Shown here in pieces: positions 46,101-61,084 of a DNA stretch of 64,000 nucleotides. The translations under genes were made by a program, and so were the position numbers. How positions within the stretch are numbered: position 1 is the stretch's first letter; every line of letters begins with the position of its first letter. The stretch comes from Yuukianura sp. NJ FZ-2021 (taxonomy: Eukaryota), in the NCBI GenBank assembly GCA_046563655.1, contig CM102287.1:7998001-8062000 (forward strand). Reading direction: 5' to 3'. Below the pieces are notes generated by a model. That model did no database searches. It was given only the letters and a program-made list of their open reading frames with translations, and was not told the origin of the DNA.

Positions 46101-49100
46101 CACAGAATTTGAATCTGAATCAAATGACTAGCATTGTCAAATTCAGTAGTGAGGAGAGCAGGGACATTGGGGATGACTGACAGGTTCAACTAGTCTGGTT
46201 TTTAAAAAATATCAACATCAAACAAGGATTTGAAACCAGTCATCTCATTACTCAAAATAGGAGTAAAAAAAATTTCCAGCAGCTTCATTTCAATTTTGAA
46301 ACAACGTTCAAAATTGAAATTTTGAACAAACTAGCTAGCCTAGCCTAACATTACAGCAGAACTAGACAAATTTGACCTTGCTCGTTTGTTTTGAAAACTT
46401 GACTTTGAGGCGTCACTGACCTAACCCTAGGCCTCCGCCGTTAATTTATGAGCCCTTACACCTTGGTAGAAGTCAATTGCTCCGTAGGCCATTCTAAGGG
46501 CCCCACCAGTTTCAAAGTTATGACTAACATGCCTTCCCTATGGAACTCTTTGAGGTCAAAGGGACCCTCAGAGTTAGAGTTATTGGGCCATTTACAAAAT
46601 TTCCAAGGAGGGCCACTGGTATCAAATGGGTTAAGGGTCATTTAGTTCCCTCATTTGTAACAACACCAGTCAGGAATGCTCCTATGCCGCCTTTTGTCTC
46701 CCTGGCTTCGGTTACAATTCAATTCGTCTTCTTGCAAGAGATGAACAACTACCGCACAAGGCTCAAATGCAAAAACAGTGGCCAATTGCCAACAGGAATT
46801 CCTGTTGGCATCAACAGAATTTCCAAATGTGTGTGATTTTTGAATTGACGGAAGGTGTTAGAGTCCATTTGGAGCTTAGAAGTTGGTTTGTTTGTGGTAC
46901 GAGGAGATTGGGACATGGTGAAGATCAAAGGAGAAGAAAAGACAACAGGGAAATGTCATTCGGATCAGATCTTGTGGTATACGACGTGTTATTATTTTCC
47001 TCTTAAAAATCTTTTGCTTCTTTCTTCCCGCTTCTTCCGTTAATCCAGAACTGAAGCGGCGTAACAGGAAAAGAGCATTTCGGAATGCCACATAAATTTA
47101 ATCTCTCTGACAAGATTCCTCCCTTGTTCTTCGTCTGCCTCTCCCTCTCCTTCTGCTTTCAGATTCACTGATTTCTGTTTCTAAAAATGAAATTAAGTCA
47201 CTCCAGATGAACTGAAGAAATTCAGAGTATCAGAATGCAGGATTTGGCACAACGTAAACAAACGATGACGAAAGAAGCGTCTTGTGGCGTCTCTCGCCAG
47301 TTTAAGACGAATTTTCAGAAAACGAGGACAAAAACTACAAATTTGTTCTGCAAATTCCTAGTTTCGAGAGATGAGTTTAACAAAAGTAAGATAGAACTGC
47401 AGATTTTTTGAAAATTTGAACATGAAATTTCAATGGAAGGAATTTGGCAAATATGACCTTGGAAAAACTTCAGGAAGAGACTAAAACGAAGCTAGTTCTG
47501 GTTTTTTCACAGGCTGGTAGTGGTTTGTGTTAATAATTTTATAGAAATGAAATGAATGAAGGAGATAATTGTTGTGTTTTGATTGTGATTTAGACTTGGG
47601 ATATGGCACGACAGGGTTTTGCCATTAGGAGTGATGGACAATTCATTTTTCATGCCTTTCTCCCTGTGTCTGGAATGACAGGGACTCTCCCCTGGTTGGA
47701 TGTCCCTCCAGAACCTAAAAAGCAACTGCTTACACTTCCGAGTGCTGGAGAAAGTCAGGGTTTGAAGCCAAGTACTTACGAAGAAATGGCACATACAAGT
47801 CACACCTAGTCTAAGGCAATTCATCTCACTTGGACCAATTCCCACACGCAGTTCAATGGAATGAGTTTAATGAAAGAAAAACTTAGCCCAATTTACTAAT
47901 TCAACTTTCTCTTTTACTTTAATGTTCATAAATTTAAATCCAATTTTAACTGCACAAAAATTATTTTTATGAGACAATATCTCAACCTATTTTCAATACG
48001 AAATTGAACAGAAAAGAACTAGCAAACCATGTTCACGGCTCACAATTAGTACTTAAATAGTTGATAATTTACAGGAATTTTAATTGAAAACATGAAATGC
48101 TCAAACCCTTAAAATGCATTAAATTTTTGTAGTCGTGCACAGAATCCAAGTCTAATATTTTCAAATAACATGTTGGGCATAGTAGCGGTAGCGGTATTCG
48201 ATCGTCGCTGGTAGGGGCTTAGCACCACCTCTCGGTCTAAACTGAAACTGAGAAGAATCACTTTCGCTGAGCTGGCGCTTCCACTTTCTCCGAATTCGTC
48301 AAATTTAAAATGTATTGTTAATAAATGATCTTACAATCAACATTTTCACAAAACACGTAATAAAATTAGGACTATGCGTATTACTAAATACTTATTATTA
48401 ACTTCTGTTATAATCATTAGTAGCATAATTTTAAATCAATTACACTTAAACTCTACGTTTTAACTCATTAGTTAACCCTACTCAACTTTGGATCTAAATT
48501 ATACAAATAATAAAATACGTGTATTGAAAACGGGAAAATATTGCGTGACGTCTAACCGTGTCTTGATGTTAAAATTTTAGAAAAATGTCGGTTGACCTTT
48601 GGATTTTTAACAGTCATGAATAAATGTAAACCGTATGTCCCTGCATGAGAAATGCAACTTTTGAAATTTGCTGCCTTGTAGCAGCTCCTGTGTGATCTAA
48701 AAATTGTTCAGAGCCAAGGAATTTGCACGGAACGATGACTGAGCATCACAAATGGGCTGGAAGGTGTTCAAACGGAGTTTCAAAAAATTGGGGCCGAATT
48801 TGTTTTAGTTTTTGAGCGACTGGAACAGCCCGGCGAATCGGATTCAAAACAGCATTAGTGATTTATGGATAATCGTGTTACACGTTTTACAAAAAAAAAT
48901 TGAAAAATTCGAACTAAGTTTTAGGTAAAACTGAAGAATTTTTTTTCAAAAATTTAAAATTTCACCTATCAGTCGGAACCAGGAACTTTGAGCATAAGTT
49001 CTACTATTCGGTTGGATGAACTTGTTTTCAGTGGAGTTTAAATTCAAAATTGAGAATGAGAATTATTAGAGAAAGTTTTTTAATTTTTTTAAGTTTAACT

Positions 49101-52100
49101 AAAAAATTCTACCAACTTTTTTTTAACGTGGTTGAATAGCGTTTTTTGAGGTTGGACTCATGTTGGCAGTTGATTTTTTTTCTTGAAGGTAGAATGACTA
49201 ATGAATTCACAGTGCGAGATCCCATTAGATCTAATGCCTCCCTGCTCCTTCGGTTGACACACAATAGGACATGACTGCCTACGATCTTAATTACAATTTC
49301 ATTATTATTGCACAACGGAACACCTTTCCCCACACCTCCCATCCCATTGTTCTCAGCCATTGTCATCTCCATTGTTATGCAACAACAACAATTCACAAAC
49401 AACAGAATCCAAATTCACAATGCGTTCCCTCCCAACACTTAATTCAAAACAAGACAGAAATAGAGGAAGACGCAGCAGGATATTTTCCAATTCCATTTCC
49501 AAAATTAAAATTCAAAATTTCAAATTTTGGCTAAAAATAACTTTGACTTTCACTCAGCTCAACACAATTCCTCTTTTGGTTTTTGGTTGTACAGATTCTG
49601 TACTATTTTTTACTTTTTTAAATCAGTTTTTGAAAATCACGAGACTTATAAATACAAAAGACATGTTTTAGGTACATTTTTTTTGTTAAAACTGATTTTG
49701 TTCCAACCCGGTGTGAAAATAATGGGATGCGGGGATGGTTTTGGTAGAAACGTAAGTCAGATACGTCAGATACATTCCATATTCCCATACCGAGCTCGGA
49801 GAGAAATTTAGAATTTCTGCGTAGTGAAAATTCAGATTTTGAGTGGATTTGTGCGGTTTTTAATAAAAATTGGACTGCGTTTGAGCCGGGCGTGTTGAAG
49901 GCTGTGGCTTGTGCTAGTATGTAAGGTGGTGGGGATGAGTTTGACATATGAGGCTGACAGTGGACTCATTATTCAGGCGATGATATGTTCAGAGCCTCAT
50001 TTAACAAAAGCATGGGAACTGGATTCGCCTTCTTCCAACGGGTATTAATGCCTCTCCTTCATCAAAGTCAACAGACTCCGTCTTCCGACTTCCTTTTCAC
50101 CACTTTCATCCCCACCAACCAATATCCATCCACCACCAAACTAAACCTAGCATAACTCCAAATAACATAACATAACTAAACCAGTTTCAACTGAGCAGCA
50201 TCGCAAACACAAAACAAATATGGCACCTAAGTCTTTGTTAAGTTCGATCCAAATCGAACCCAAAGTTAGCCTAATGTGAACCTAACAACATTCGAAATTA
50301 ACCTGAATTCACTTTAACTTATGCAAACGTTGCCGAATCTTTTGTCCTTCATGCAGAACAATAAAGTTGCAAAACTTGATCGAAATTTTTGAAATATTTA
50401 TAGTATTTAGTAGCACAGCATAAACAAAAGTTTTCTCAGAAAAATACAAAGAAAAAACAATAAACTGTCCTAACCTATAAATAATTTGCAGAAAGTTTTA
50501 TTGAACTTTTTTTTTTGCAAATTGAGCACTGAAATATTGAGTAACTTTTTGGCAAAATTTGTGAAAACAGGCAGAAAAGAACATTGTTTTTCTGAGAATT
50601 TTTTTTCTTGTTCAATATTTTTAAAACCTTTTCCTTTTTAGTTTCATTTGTTTCAAAAACTTGGACATAAATCATGAGGTAGCTCCTCCTGAATTGGAGA
50701 GAAAGGAAATGAAAATTGGAATTGAGACATTTTACGGAATCGTGGCTTTTTAAAAAATGAAGAAAGAACTGCGAACAACATTTTCCACTTAAGTAAGAAA
50801 GGGAAAAAATACTTTCTCCATTTTTTTCATTTTTCTCTTTTTTTTTCAGAGAAGATTGAATTGGATTTTTCACTCACTTTCTTCCTAAAGTTGCTTTCTC
50901 CAATTTTTTTTCAGAATTTCGAAATCCGTAAGATGATTTTGGAGAAGACGTGAAAAAATAGAGTCTGGAGTTTTCGTAATCTGCTCATGCGCAAAACGGA
51001 ACAAACTTCCGGTGGCTCCGTTTTTTCTAAAGCTTTAAGCCCAGTTTCCGGTGGTCATTTTTCATTAAATTTTGACTTTTTGTTGAAGAGATGAGAGAAA
51101 AACCCACCCCCGCCCCCTAAAAAGCTCACTCCCTCCCCCCAGACGCTCATGGATGTTTATTCAGCATCTTCCAGAAACATCACTCTGCAGCTCCACCCTA
51201 CCGAGAAAGTTATGACCAAGAACCACTCCCTGCTGCCATTGGAGATCTACTATGCTCGAAACTGAAGGCGATCATTCCAGAAACACTGAAATTTTTTCGA
51301 AAAAATCCACAAAGTCCAGAAAATTCTCCAGCATCTGAGAAATGACCATCTGAAGCCTCTTCATTCACAAGAGGGAGGCTGATGATCTTCCTCTTAAAAA
51401 GCAAAAAAAGAGAAAGCAGCAGCAGCAGATCTGTTGCCGCGTGAGGATCTTCCCTAATGATGATGATCCTTGGCAATGAAGCCTAAAACCTAAAGCCTAC
51501 AGCAGTTAGCACAGTTTTTCTACAACTTTTTTGAAATTCTTCTGGATTCAAAAACATACGGGCTGTTTAGTTTTTCTAAAGTCTCAAACTTTGTTGAGAG
51601 AGATAAAGCTTTTCACGGTCTTCCGAATTTTTTAAGCCTTGAGAAATTCCGTGTTGAGTGAAATTGGATTTCAGTTCCAGAAGCGTCTGTTTGTTATCCA
51701 TTGTTGGCGCTTGAGCGACTTTTGCTTTAGAAGTTTTTGGTAAAATTGTTAAATGAATTGGAAAGACATGAGATAGAGAAAGGAAGTGAAGTGAATGAAA
51801 GAAATAATGGCAATCGATCATTAGACTTTTAGAAGAAAGTAGAAACGTAGAAGCATTGGATTCAGATTCGCAGTTTGGTTAGGGATAAGCTTCCAGAACG
51901 TAAACCTAAAATGTTAGGTTAGGTTTAAGGTCTGCGTTGGTCTCTTGAGGAATAATGGCGGCGGGTGACAGGGACTAATGACCTCAGAATCCGTGGACTT
52001 GGTTCTATCAAAGTCCTCTGCCCTCAATTCTTCACCAGTGACAGGCCCCCTGCTCCATGAATGGAGTGAATAATCTGTCCGTAGGCCACATCTTCCAATC

Positions 52101-55100
52101 CTATTATTACCCGCTTCCTAGTTTGTATTGCAGAACATGTTCCTAGGTTAGGCTTACGTTAGGTATGTCCCACAACCCAGAGGAGACAAACCCAGTGCTT
52201 TCAAAGAAGAAAAAAGTAGAGGCTTCGCCTTCTTCAATCTTCTCAAATTTAGCATCAATCAAAATCAAGCTCAAGCTCCAACCAAATCCTTTTGCAAATG
52301 GGGCTTCAGCGCACAAAGTGCAAATAAAGAAGCTAAAACCTGCGCACAGCTTATGCTAAGGTTTGTGTGATGTTGTGTTTAAAATTTTGGAGCTTCATTT
52401 ACTGCGTGATTCAATTTATAAAAACTTTCACATTGTGTGAACCTCAAAATGATAATCCCTATTTGAAATTTTCAAAATCTAATTTCAAAATTTCGTTTAC
52501 ACTGATTCAGAAACTTTTGCTTGCACATCTTCAATGCTTATGAAAACTTTTAGACAATTTCGGATGCAGAAAAGAATTATCTCAAGTTCCTCCTTCAATT
52601 TTTCAGACGTGTCCAACTTTCTCTGTACTCGACATTCTGAACATTTTCTAAAAAAAATTCACTGTTCCATCATGTCCAGTAGCATCTAGATTTACACAAA
52701 ATCTTCCGGGATTTGGATTTTGGAAGTGTTTTTGAAATATGGCGGACTGGACACTACATGGATAAGCCGAGTGACAATGTCCAGGAAAAAGTAAATCCTG
52801 GATTGAATTTAATAACGTTTCGAAAGTCATTTCTTGGAAGAAAGTTGTGAGACTTCCCGTGGAGCCCTGGACTCTAGCCTATTGCTGCTTGGGATTACTC
52901 AAGTATGGGAAGCAGTCTGAAGAGGAGCTTATGAAGCTGTGAGCTGAACAGGAAGATGATGCTGAAGGGGGATGATGATGAATTTATGTTGGCGAAGATG
53001 GTTGATGGATGCTGCGTGAGGGGTGATGGCGTTGGAGTCGATGATGGATGGCCAATAGAAACCAAACAAAGACATCAACGTTAGTGATGGATGGAGCTCA
53101 GGGAGTGAGATGCTGTCGAGTCGCCGCAATACCTCATCAACCAAAATCTTAATCACAATTTTCAAATCTCGCGGGAAACGACATGAAGTGTCCAAGGCTT
53201 CCGACACCTCCTTGACTCCTCGAGGCCAAATTCATCAGAATTGTCTAACCATAAGCCTAACTTGACCAATCGTATGTGCGTCTGCGTGTGCGTGAAAACT
53301 TAGAAAAGTCAAAACTAAGGTAGCTTAGCACGGGATGTGCGTTGTTAACCTAACCAGTTTTACCTTAACATAGCTTAACGTAATGTTCAACGTAAGAATT
53401 GGATTTCCAGCTGAAGCGACAGTTCCAAGAGACAGCTGGACTTGACATGAAGTGACAGTTTTTGTTGCATTATGGGGGGAGAAGTGTGACAATGGGAAGT
53501 CGGATGTCAACAATGGTGGACTGGGGAATGTTTTGTGCAGTATGTTTGCATCTTGGATATTGGAATCCATTGTGCCATTTTCATTTGCTTGTGAAAGTGA
53601 CAGCTTGGGATCCCCCTCTTCCATGTCGCCAATCACGAGGAGAGAAGCATAGAGAGAGATCCATTTGTCACTTGTCATGCAACACGACGTCCTGCTCAAG
53701 AAAACGTGCTGCGCTCTAATATTTTGCTCCTCAAAATTATAAAAAGACGAACCTGTCACATCAATATGCACTTTGTGTTTTTTAATATGAAAATTTAGTG
53801 AATTTCCATTTCAGAAAAAAAAATTAGCAATCGATTACCGTACACTGCTTCTACGAAATGAAATGAAAGTTTCAAAATTTTCAAAAATGAAATCAGGAAG
53901 ATAGTTTGAAGTCACCTTTTATATTTCAAAACTTCATTTCTGAAATTTCGAATTTTGAAGTCGATTGACATTTTTTGAGTTTGTAGTGTCTCATAATTTT
54001 ATGATTTTATGTAGGTGAAATAGCTTTCCCAGCTGCTAGTGATCCATTAATTTCCGTGTTGGGATCACTGGGAATTAACGTTGAAACAAAGATGCAATTT
54101 GTGTGAGATTTGAATTGCGGAGGGTGTGCTGTGTGTACATTAGGTTAAAGTTAGGTTTGTGCGTTAGGTTGTCATCCTAAAATAGAAGGAACAAGGTAAG
54201 GGCATTTCCTATTAGGCTTCAGGAACAAAGGGAACGTAGGCATTCAGAGCCCATGTAAACATCCCATAAATTTTCTAAATCACCCTCCAATAAAATCGTC
54301 ACTTTCCAGAGCTCCCTCTTCAGCGTCGTCCTTACCCAACACTTAACGTTCGCCCTTCCACCTTTAAATGAAACACTTCTGAATTACGCTACAACCAATT
54401 CATGACTTTTTAGGACACAAATACAACTTCCTGCAAGGGTCCTTAAACAATACCAACATCAGTACAATTTGTTTCAAAAGTGGCCTAACTTCTGTATTTT
54501 TGATCAACAATCAACCCGGAACTTGACTTTGATCCATCAAATTCACAATTTTGTGGAACCGGAACAAAATAACTCATCGGAAATTTTCAACGCCAGAGAG
54601 TAAAATTTTGCATTTTCTGCAAGACGTAAAATTTGAATTTTTCAAGATTGTAGAATATTTGATTTCAGAGAGAATCTCTCAATTTTCAGAGTATGTAATT
54701 TCTTCACAAAAATTGAATTTGAAATTTTTGCAGAAAAGTAAATTTTGAAACGGAACAACAAAAATTTGCAAAAACATCAACAACAGAAATGCTGGAACAC
54801 AAATAATGTTGAGCTCTGGAACGGCATGGACAAGAATGCTTTGGAATTCAAAATTTGCTGAAATTTGGAAATACATTCGATTGAATTCAAAATTGCCAAA
54901 ATTCGAATCGAAATTGATTTGAGCTGGATTTAGGACTGTGACTACGGCAGAACCGGTGGGAGGGGGAGTTGTAAGATTCGTTCCAAGGAAAGTGTTCATT
55001 TCCGCTACGAAGGCTACACCATGCATATCAATCCTCATAAGCATGTTTCCGTTTTTTTCAAGTGAGCAAGATGCGTTCTGTTGTGCTTTCCATTGTCTTG

Positions 55101-58100
55101 GAAGGTTGGATTGTGGTAGAGGGGACGCAGCAAGGGGCAAGAAGATGTCATTGGCAGTAGTTGGCTTTTGGTTGAGTCATCTCCACATGAGAGCTAAGGA
55201 TAACAATAGAATTTGGGATATCTGAGAGAACAATACAATTCGGATCTGCATCTCCAATTCTATTGTCAATACGTGAGAAATGTAAAACAAACGGAGAGAT
55301 GAGGGAGGCTTATTATTAAATTCCAAAGGATCCCGCTTTGACGCAGAAATGAAAAAAGAAGGGAACCCACCCGCCGATTCACGGAGATCCCAAAGTCCCA
55401 TCATGGAATCCCGGGCTTCTCTACTCCCATTGGACTTGGTCTTGACAGGTTCAAAATGGCCGCCAGAACTCTTTGTACTTCGTCCGGAAGTACCCGAGCT
55501 TCATGCGCTCTCGGAATTTGTCAGTACTTTCTCAAAAATTTGCAAGTTTTCAATTTTCTCCAACTCATTCTCTCCCCTCATGCATAGGTTTAATGTAAAA
55601 ACTAAAATTTAGTTGAATTTTTGTAAAAACTCACGATCTTGTTTCCGCCTCTCCAAGATGTGTACCTCAAGCAATCAAATTCAAAATTCCAAAACTTGCA
55701 CAAATTTGACGTGATGATCCAACAACTAATTTGTCCACCACTATAACTGCCAAATTCCAGTGAAGTGCTGACGTTAATTCAACTTTCTCCTCAATATCCG
55801 CTCACGACGAGAAAGAAATTTTCTTCCTGAACAGTATTGAAGTATGCCAATTTTTCTCTGAATTCACCCACTTCTGTTTTAGAACTAAATACAGAAGTGA
55901 TTCTTAAGTGCAAGCTGATTTTGAACTGAAGTTGACCTGAAGAAAAGTCACGGTCACTTGAACACTTCCTGGAGTAATAAAATCATAAATCCCAGTTGTA
56001 AGGAAGTGTTTACGTAAAATGTTACAAAACAGAAGGAAAGTGGGAGTAGCAGATCCACTTTTATTGCACTTTGACTTTGAAAGTCTTGAATTCCAACACT
56101 GTTTTTCCTTGATCCTTCGGCTAAAAAGGGCGCCTCTCCAAAAGGTTCTCAAGGGCCCTCTCCATTGTTGTCAGTCATAAAATCAGAATCTGACGCAATT
56201 GAACAAAAAAGAGACTTGGGTGGGTTATTTTCTTGTTTTTGGTTTTAAAGTAGAGCCCTTAAGGTGCGGTCCAGTGGTTCCTTACTGGTTTACTGATTTT
56301 GGTGAGAAAGGGTACTTAGACACCCTTAGGAATTCGGATTATTCTAGACAAATCTTAAGATAGCATTCAGTTCCGTGTTGTCTGTGATTCAAACTTGTTC
56401 TACTAATTTTGAACTCAAATATCGAATGGACAAGATCGGTTTCTTTTAATCGGAATCATCCAAACCAGACCATCAACAGAATCTTAATTTTCCAAAATTT
56501 TAAGGTAAAAACATACTAGTATTGTCCACATCCAATATTCTACCGATATTAGACGAAACATGATCTTTTCATAAAAACTTCTGCATGTACCAAGCTGAGT
56601 GGAGATTTTTAACTGGGTTAAAAGATCAGCAAATTTTTGTATCAAAGTCAAAGGTTAGTAAATTGAGATTTAAAAAAGAAGTGCTGGAATTGCTTCTTCT
56701 AAGTGAGCCATTAGCCCAGTGACCTTGGGTTGGAGGTTAAGGACTGGTAAATAGCCTAATAAAGAAGAATGGAGCTATAAATAAGGGCTGTGGAGGAAGT
56801 GTGTGTTTGTGTATGTGTTTAATAAGGGTCATTGGTTCCATAATAGGCCATAAACATCTCATAAATAGCCCTTTATTAGCCCTCCTCCGAAACCACTTGA
56901 CTCTCATAAGCACTTGCTACACACTTACAACCACTTAACACTACTGGCATACAGAAGGAGTAGAGTTACACATTCACCAGTCACATCTAATGCAAAGGGA
57001 GGAGACTCTAGAAAAAATTGCAGAAAAAATTTCTGGAAATACTGGACTTATAGTTTGAAAGTGTCAATCTTGCTTCTGATCTTATAGCTTTCACTTTTTA
57101 ACCCTGCAGGTTACATGCAGTGAACTGTTGTGAAAAACTTTCACCGTTCTGATTTCAGTGTGTTTAAGTTTTTTCGATCTGATTCGCAACATTTCAAACG
57201 TTTTGAGTAAAAAAAAATTTGTTTGTAGTCGCAAAATAATGCAATTTCTTTCAAATTTCTGTCTTCTAAAATTCAAAATTTTAAACCAAGTCGGAATCTT
57301 TTGTGTTTAGTATTTTTTTTAGAATTCTTCTGATTTGTGTAGATTTTCAAATTCGAAAATTCATTTTCGCTTTTCACTCGTTTCGTACTAAATTTGTTGG
57401 ATTCGAAGTCAAATATTTATCCTGGATTGGAGTCTTTCTCTGTCGGATTTATGATGTGGGGGATGTTGAAAGGACTTCCGCTCTCATCCATATATTTGAC
57501 TATGCTATACATATTATGGAATCCACATTTATATTTCAACCCTCTCAAAATATTTTGGTACACTTGGACTTGGTGTCTAAAGCCATGTTCATTGTATCTC
57601 CTCGTTATAAGTATGCAAAGGATGATGTTGTTTCTCGTTTCCTTTCTGACACGAATCCCATCAGCCCAAAAAGCAGCTAGCAGACAGACAGACAGAGCAG
57701 GGAATGGGTTTTGGCTGCTAGAAAGAGGAAGAAAGACGGACGGAGATGATGAAGATGATCATCATGGCTGTCCGTCCATCCAAAAAGCAAAAGGACTGCG
57801 CTGGGTTGCCAAGGCAACGCAACGCAGTTCCTGGCTTTTTTTGCTGCTTTGAAATGAGAAATGGGCTTGCAGAGAGAATATTCAGAAGAGAGATCTATTT
57901 CCGTGCTTTCTCCGTACTATCGCATCTTCCTTCCTTCCTCTGAACTGAAACTGACATTTCAACATTTCACTTTTTGCAATTTACATTGTGTAAGAGAAAA
58001 AAAAAGTTGAAAAAACTCTTTTTCATTAGAAATTTTTTAAATGGAGAAAGTAGGACCTCGTTCGTCACCAGCGTTTTGCTTGTCATCACTTTGCTTTTTT

Positions 58101-58993
58101 CCACTTTAGTTTAGGCCTACGTTCCAAGTTCCATCCAGAAGCATCTGAACCACTCCAAAGTCCAATGTATCATTCTCCAAATCTAAATTCTGAATCTTGG
58201 GAAAGTGGAGGAGAGGAGGAGGGAAATCATTTATTTACTTTTGTCTGAAAAGGGAGAAAGGCCTGGAAAAATCACTTTCTCTGCTTTCACTCGTCTTATG
58301 AAATGAAGACTTATTTAATGTTTTAGAAAAAGAAAGTTCTCTCTTTTCTTCCAAGTCCTTTCATGCTTGGCGTAATTCATCTCGTCTGCCTCTTCTGAGA
58401 AATGATCACTCCATTCACGAACCCATTTCCAATTTACATTCCCAACTGAACACAATGAAGAACCACTCAGGGGAAATGGAGTCCCACTTCATCTCACTCA
58501 CCAACAGAAATCCCATCAAACTCCGCCTTCTTCCGCTCTGCCAAATCACAAATCCACGGAAATACCCGCATTCCAAGTCCGCGACATCGACAATGTCAAA
58601 ATTGTACAATGCTGAAGTATATGTACTTCAAATTGCAATTCCGGAATACTGTTGTGCTTTCATAATCTACGGAAAATTTTTTGACGGTACAAAAAAAATG
58701 AGATCTTCGCAAGAATTTTTTCTTCTTCCATTTTAGACTGGGCATGCAAATCAAATTTTTCAAATGAACTTAAACTTTCTCTTTTCAATGCATAGTCAAA
58801 AAAATTCCAATGTTAGTTGACAACTGAATGGTATTTCCTACAACAGGTTGTCTAATAACTCTGGGTTTGCAAAAATTTTGCTTCAAATAAGTTTTTCCCC
58901 AATTCCAATAATTATTACTTTACATGAAAATAATTACAGTGGGAAAAAAGTTTTTTCAAACTTTTTAACAAAATGAAAAAATGAAGAAATTCA

Positions 58994-59575
58994 CACAAAT
59001 GTGTTTGCGGAGCTCAAGTTTCTAGCGACGGACTTCACGGCCTAAGCTGTTTAAAAAGCGCTGGACGCCACTCCAGACATAACTCTGTCAACGACTTAAT
59101 CTTTCGAGCGCTTCGCTCAGCAGGAATTCCAAGCATCAAGGAACCGCCCGGTTGTTCGAGATCTGACGGAAAACGACCAGATGGCATCACATTAATTCCT
59201 TGGAAGTCTGGTCGTTCCTTAGCGTGGGATTTTACATGTCGGGATACGTTTGCATCATCCTATGTCCACTCATGTTCAAACGTCTGCGGACATGCCGCTG
59301 CTCTCGCCGAAACACACAAACATAACGTCTACGCAGAACTTGAAGATCGTTTCATCGTATCAATCATCGCAATCGAATCATCCGGGGTCATTGGAGACGA
59401 AGGTTTGAAGATACTGAAGTCTATTGGCCAACGGATTGCTGACTACACTGGGGAACAGAAAGCCACGTCATTCCTTTTCCAGAGAATTAGCCTTGAAATG
59501 CAACGTGGCAACTGTGCCTCAATCTTAGGAACGCTTCCTCCCGGAAGAGAATTATTGGAAATATTTTATCTCTAG
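58994..59575 (+). mobile_element. 3' fragment of an RLE-type non-LTR retrotransposon (CRE-like): zinc knuckle + restriction-like endonuclease
   Basis: Stop-free frame absent from the ORF track: HKCVCG...DGLHGLSC...GRHSRHNSVND...EPPG...DGKRPDGITLIPWKSGRSLAWDFTCRDT...AIESSG...FLFQRISLEMQRGN...IFYL*. Shows the CCHC knuckle, RHN and RPD...D signatures. No RT domain upstream. Confidence 0.88.
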
Positions 59576-61084
59576 TATTTAAGTTTCATCCAAGTGTTTT
59601 TAAATTAAGGTTCAGAAAGAGTGTAAACTTTTTAATTATTTTATTTTTCCAATTAAAACGAAGAGGAACACAAAATAAAACTGGAAATGAAAAAATATCG
59701 AGTTGTTGGACAACCTGGTGTAGAAAAAAAATTTTTTTTTGTTTAATAACCTTAGAAAAATTAACTTGTTTGTTAATTTGTTAAAAACATGTACTGGTAT
59801 TTGATTGCTTTTAAAGGCACCTTACCCTGTTCCGTGGTCCTCAATTTGCAAAGTTTAAACATGTTCGAGAATTTTTCATTTTTTACTAAATTTTCAATGT
59901 GTTTTTTAAATTCAGTTCTTCCTTTGTTCGAATGGGCTTGCTTAGTTGGATGGAGGATGTTTGACATGACAGATGAGGAATTGGGTAGGTTCTTTTAGCT
60001 GATTGAATGCCCAGAATAATGGAATTGTTTCTTTGGGAGGGACTCCAAGGTTGACGTTGAAACTCAAAAGAACAGAGATGGAATCAATAAGTGTCCCAAG
60101 GGCCCTTGGAATTTCAGTTTTTGATCTTGAGATTGTATTTTTATTGTGGAAGAAGACAAGACAGGAGGGCTCATCTGCTGCTTGGGTTCATCGCTTCCTT
60201 CCTTCTTTTGAATCTCTTTTGAAAAGATGAAAAAGCCAACAGATCTTCCCATAGGTTAGCCTAGGTCTCTACCTTGTTCTACTTTGAATAAAATGGATGA
60301 TGGCCGCTGGGGTGAGAAATGAAATGAATTTCTTAAGTCCCATTATGATGATGAGACTTACATTGTGTTCGGTCATCTTCCTAATGGAACCTCAACGAAC
60401 AATACCACATCAATTTCGGTGACAATCAAATACTACCAGCACCACCAACACCAGCGTTTCTACTTCTTCCCACCACGGGATTAGCATGCCAAGTCGTGAT
60501 TATCCTCCTTTTGTCATCTTCAGTCACGAAAGATCTTTCTTTTGCCTCAAAAGAATTAGAGCCTTATTCTTTCAACGGGTGAAATTTTGGCAATATTTCA
60601 TATTCCTCTGAACATTTTCTCTGTTCTTTCAGGAAATAATTTTGGAGGAGCAGAGAGAATCTTCTGATTTGCGGAAGTCACATTTTCAATAATTAAAGTT
60701 AATTTTAAATTGGATTTGGATTAAGTCCAACTTGGTTTCAAATGGAGTCGAGAGTTATTGAGGGATTGGAGTCGTGAGGGTCGTGAATTGAGATCTGGAG
60801 GGAGTAACTATAAGTTGGTCTGTGAATCATCATTAGGTTGTGATTCAGAACATGAGGGAGGGTGGGTCTCTCTTTCTTATCCTTTGACAAGTGACATTTC
60901 TCCTCGTCAACTTAAGGGAGGTAAGAAGTGGCTCAGCGTGGGGCCAACTCAAGATACACTTCACAATGGAACAAAATTCGATTGGATTTGACAGCGTCTG
61001 AGTACTACTACAGGGGACTTGAATTTACATTGAACAATTTCCGATTGGAATCGGACAGGTTTTGAAAAGTTCAAAATTCGAACA

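Noticed and set aside
47454..56728. CCAAGGTCA Ftz-F1-type sites upstream of ftz (47454, 56720)
   Set aside because: Two 9-mers in ~20 kb, unclustered and far from the gene, are too weak to call without conservation data.
57303..57943. Overlapping 125-152 aa ORFs
   Set aside because: Non-ATG starts, no recognisable motifs or exon structure; consistent with chance ORFs.
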